DNA of 56,684 nt, from positions 1 through 56,684 of the forward strand of contig CAYYEH010000010.1 in assembly GCA_964470815.1 (NCBI GenBank), in the 5' to 3' direction. This DNA comes from an uncultured Rikenella sp. (GTDB lineage: Bacteria; Bacteroidota; Bacteroidia; Bacteroidales; VadinHA17). The translations under genes were made by a program, and so were the position numbers. Below the pieces are notes generated by a model that saw nothing but the letters and a program-made list of their open reading frames with translations, was not told where the DNA came from and searched no databases. This document shows, piece after piece, positions 55,237 to 56,684 of the stretch (the first letter of the stretch is position 1; each line of letters begins with the position of its first letter).

Positions 55237-56684
55237 TCAGGTGAGATCTATCTCATTCCCCTGCCTGTCGAAGAATTCGTACTGAAGGAAGTGGTATGAT
55301 TCGATCCCCTGGACTTTAATACTGACACCATGCTTCCGGTTGATCTTCGTGAGCCTTGATATAAGTCCTTCCTTAAGATATGCCGCCACAAAGGGATGAG
55401 TCCTGAGGATGAACTTGCGGGTCTTCACTTTCTCGATAATTGAAGCAAGGGTACGTTCAATCTCATCGGTAAGCAGTATTGCAGGAGCTGCCTTACCCTC
55501 TCCCCTGCAGACAGGGCATTTTTCATCGGTGATGATGGTCATTTCGGGCCGCACCCTCTGGCGGGTTATCTGCATAAGTCCGAATTTACTGAGGGGCAGA
55601 ATATTATGTTTGGCCCTGTCAGCATTCATCAGTTCTTTCACCCGGTCGAGGAGTGCCTGGCGGTTTTCGTTTGACTGCATATCAATGAAGTCGATCACGA
55701 TAATTCCGCCCATATCCCTCAGTCGCAACTGACGGGCAATTTCCCTGGCAGCCTCAAGATTGACAGAGAGGGCATTGGACTCCTGGTCAGAGCCTGATTT
55801 TGACCTGTTGCCGCTGTTGACGTCAATGACGTGCAGTGCTTCGGTATGCTCTATGATAAGGTATGACCCGCCCTTGAATGAAATCGTGCGGCCGAAGAGC
55901 CCCTTGATCTGACGGCTCACGCCGAAATGATCGAATATGGGGAACTGCTCCTTGTATACCTTGACGATCTTTTCTTTTTCAGGGGCAATCTCCCTGATGT
56001 AACTTTTCACTTCGCCGGCTATAACCTCATCATCGACGATGATGCTGTTGAAGTCGGTACTGAGTATATCCCGGAGGATTGTTGTCGTGCGGTTCATCTC
56101 ACCCAACAGCAGGCGTGGCGACTTGACGTCGCGGTGCACACCGGCCAGGGCTGATTCCCAGCGGCTGATAAGTTCCTTCAGTTCAGCGTCAAGGGCTGCC
56201 ACCTTCTTGCCTTCGGCGACGGTGCGCACTATTACGCCGTAATTCTTCGGTTTAATGCTCTGTATCAGGAGCTTGAGGCGATTTCGTTCATCTGCGTTCT
56301 CTATCTTCGAGGAGACGGACACCTTGTCTGAAAATGGCATGAGGACAAGGTTACGCCCTGCTATGCTCACCTCCGAAGCCAGCCTGGGCCCCTTTGTGGA
56401 GATGGGTTCCTTCGTTATCTGCACGATAACTGTCTGTCCTGCTGTAAGTACATCAGCTATCTTCCCGTCCTTGTCAATGTCTTGTTCAGGCTTGAACTTT
56501 GACACTGAGGTTCCCCTGGCTTTGTTCTGCGTGGCCAGCTGGTAATAACGATGAAGGGTCCTGAACTGGGCTCCCAGATCAAGATAATGCAGGAAAGCAT
56601 CCTTTTCGAAGCCAACGTTGATAAACGCTGCATTAAGCCCCGGCATGATCTTCTTTACCTTTCCCAGGTAAATGTCGCCGACTG
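55237..56684 (-). CDS. rng: RNase E/G family ribonuclease (5' end outside the window)
   Basis: VGDIYLGKVKKIMPGLNAAF, KEPISTKGPRL, IDVNSG, RLRDMGGIIVIDFIDM, C..C. The frame is open to the window edge. Confidence 0.95.
   Translation of the reverse strand, partial: VGDIYLGKVKKIMPGLNAAFINVGFEKDAFLHYLDLGAQFRTLHRYYQLATQNKARGTSVSKFKPEQDIDKDGKIADVLTAGQTVIVQITKEPISTKGPRLASEVSIAGRNLVLMPFSDKVSVSSKIENADERNRLKLLIQSIKPKNYGVIVRTVAEGKKVAALDAELKELISRWESALAGVHRDVKSPRLLLGEMNRTTTILRDILSTDFNSIIVDDEVIAGEVKSYIREIAPEKEKIVKVYKEQFPIFDHFGVSRQIKGLFGRTISFKGGSYLIIEHTEALHVIDVNSGNRSKSGSDQESNALSVNLEAAREIARQLRLRDMGGIIVIDFIDMQSNENRQALLDRVKELMNADRAKHNILPLSKFGLMQITRQRVRPEMTIITDEKCPVCRGEGKAAPAILLTDEIERTLASIIEKVKTRKFILRTHPFVAAYLKEGLISRLTKINRKHGVSIKVQGIESYHFLQYEFFDRQGNEIDLT

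Noticed and set aside
1-56684. Numerous 60-190 aa alternative-frame ORFs, transposases, recoding events, tRNA and rRNA
   Set aside because: The small ORFs overlap well-supported genes and lack motifs. I saw no transposase, integrase, split gene, tRNA or rRNA signature.

Overview
A 56.7 kb chromosomal window from an anaerobic Bacteroidales-like bacterium. This assignment is inferred from TAnnTTTG/TTTG promoters, a PorP/T9SS type-B cargo pair and the nadK-DUF6089-uppS-bamA-skp-skp-murI cluster. It holds about 55 apparently intact genes, plus an RNase E/G gene cut by the right edge. I saw no transposase, integrase, rRNA, tRNA or CRISPR array. The left half is rich in amino-acid and ferredoxin metabolism (KamA-like aminomutase, tungsten-type AOR, a 1.07-kaa fused Fe-S flavoprotein next to proline dehydrogenase, korAB, mqnB/D). 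The right half is mostly housekeeping. The most notable unexplained signals are: (1) a hairpin in the rplY (L25) leader that reproduces the 5S rRNA loop E pairs in register, a candidate autoregulatory r-leader; (2) an ECF sigma followed by a protein combining an anti-sigma-like N-terminus and TM helix with PKD domains and a T9SS type-B CTD, then its PorP, a candidate T9SS-coupled signalling module; (3) TGAY-N4-RTCA boxes 23-24 nt upstream of the -7 element of three Fe-S oxidoreductase operons; (4) two orphan structured-RNA candidates; (5) inverted 7-nt-period repeat arrays; (6) a KamA homologue lacking both lysine-binding aspartates; (7) a receiver/ATP-grasp dikinase-like protein with no PEP-binding domain. 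Family names come from recalled motifs and were not database-searched. RNA folds were made by eye.
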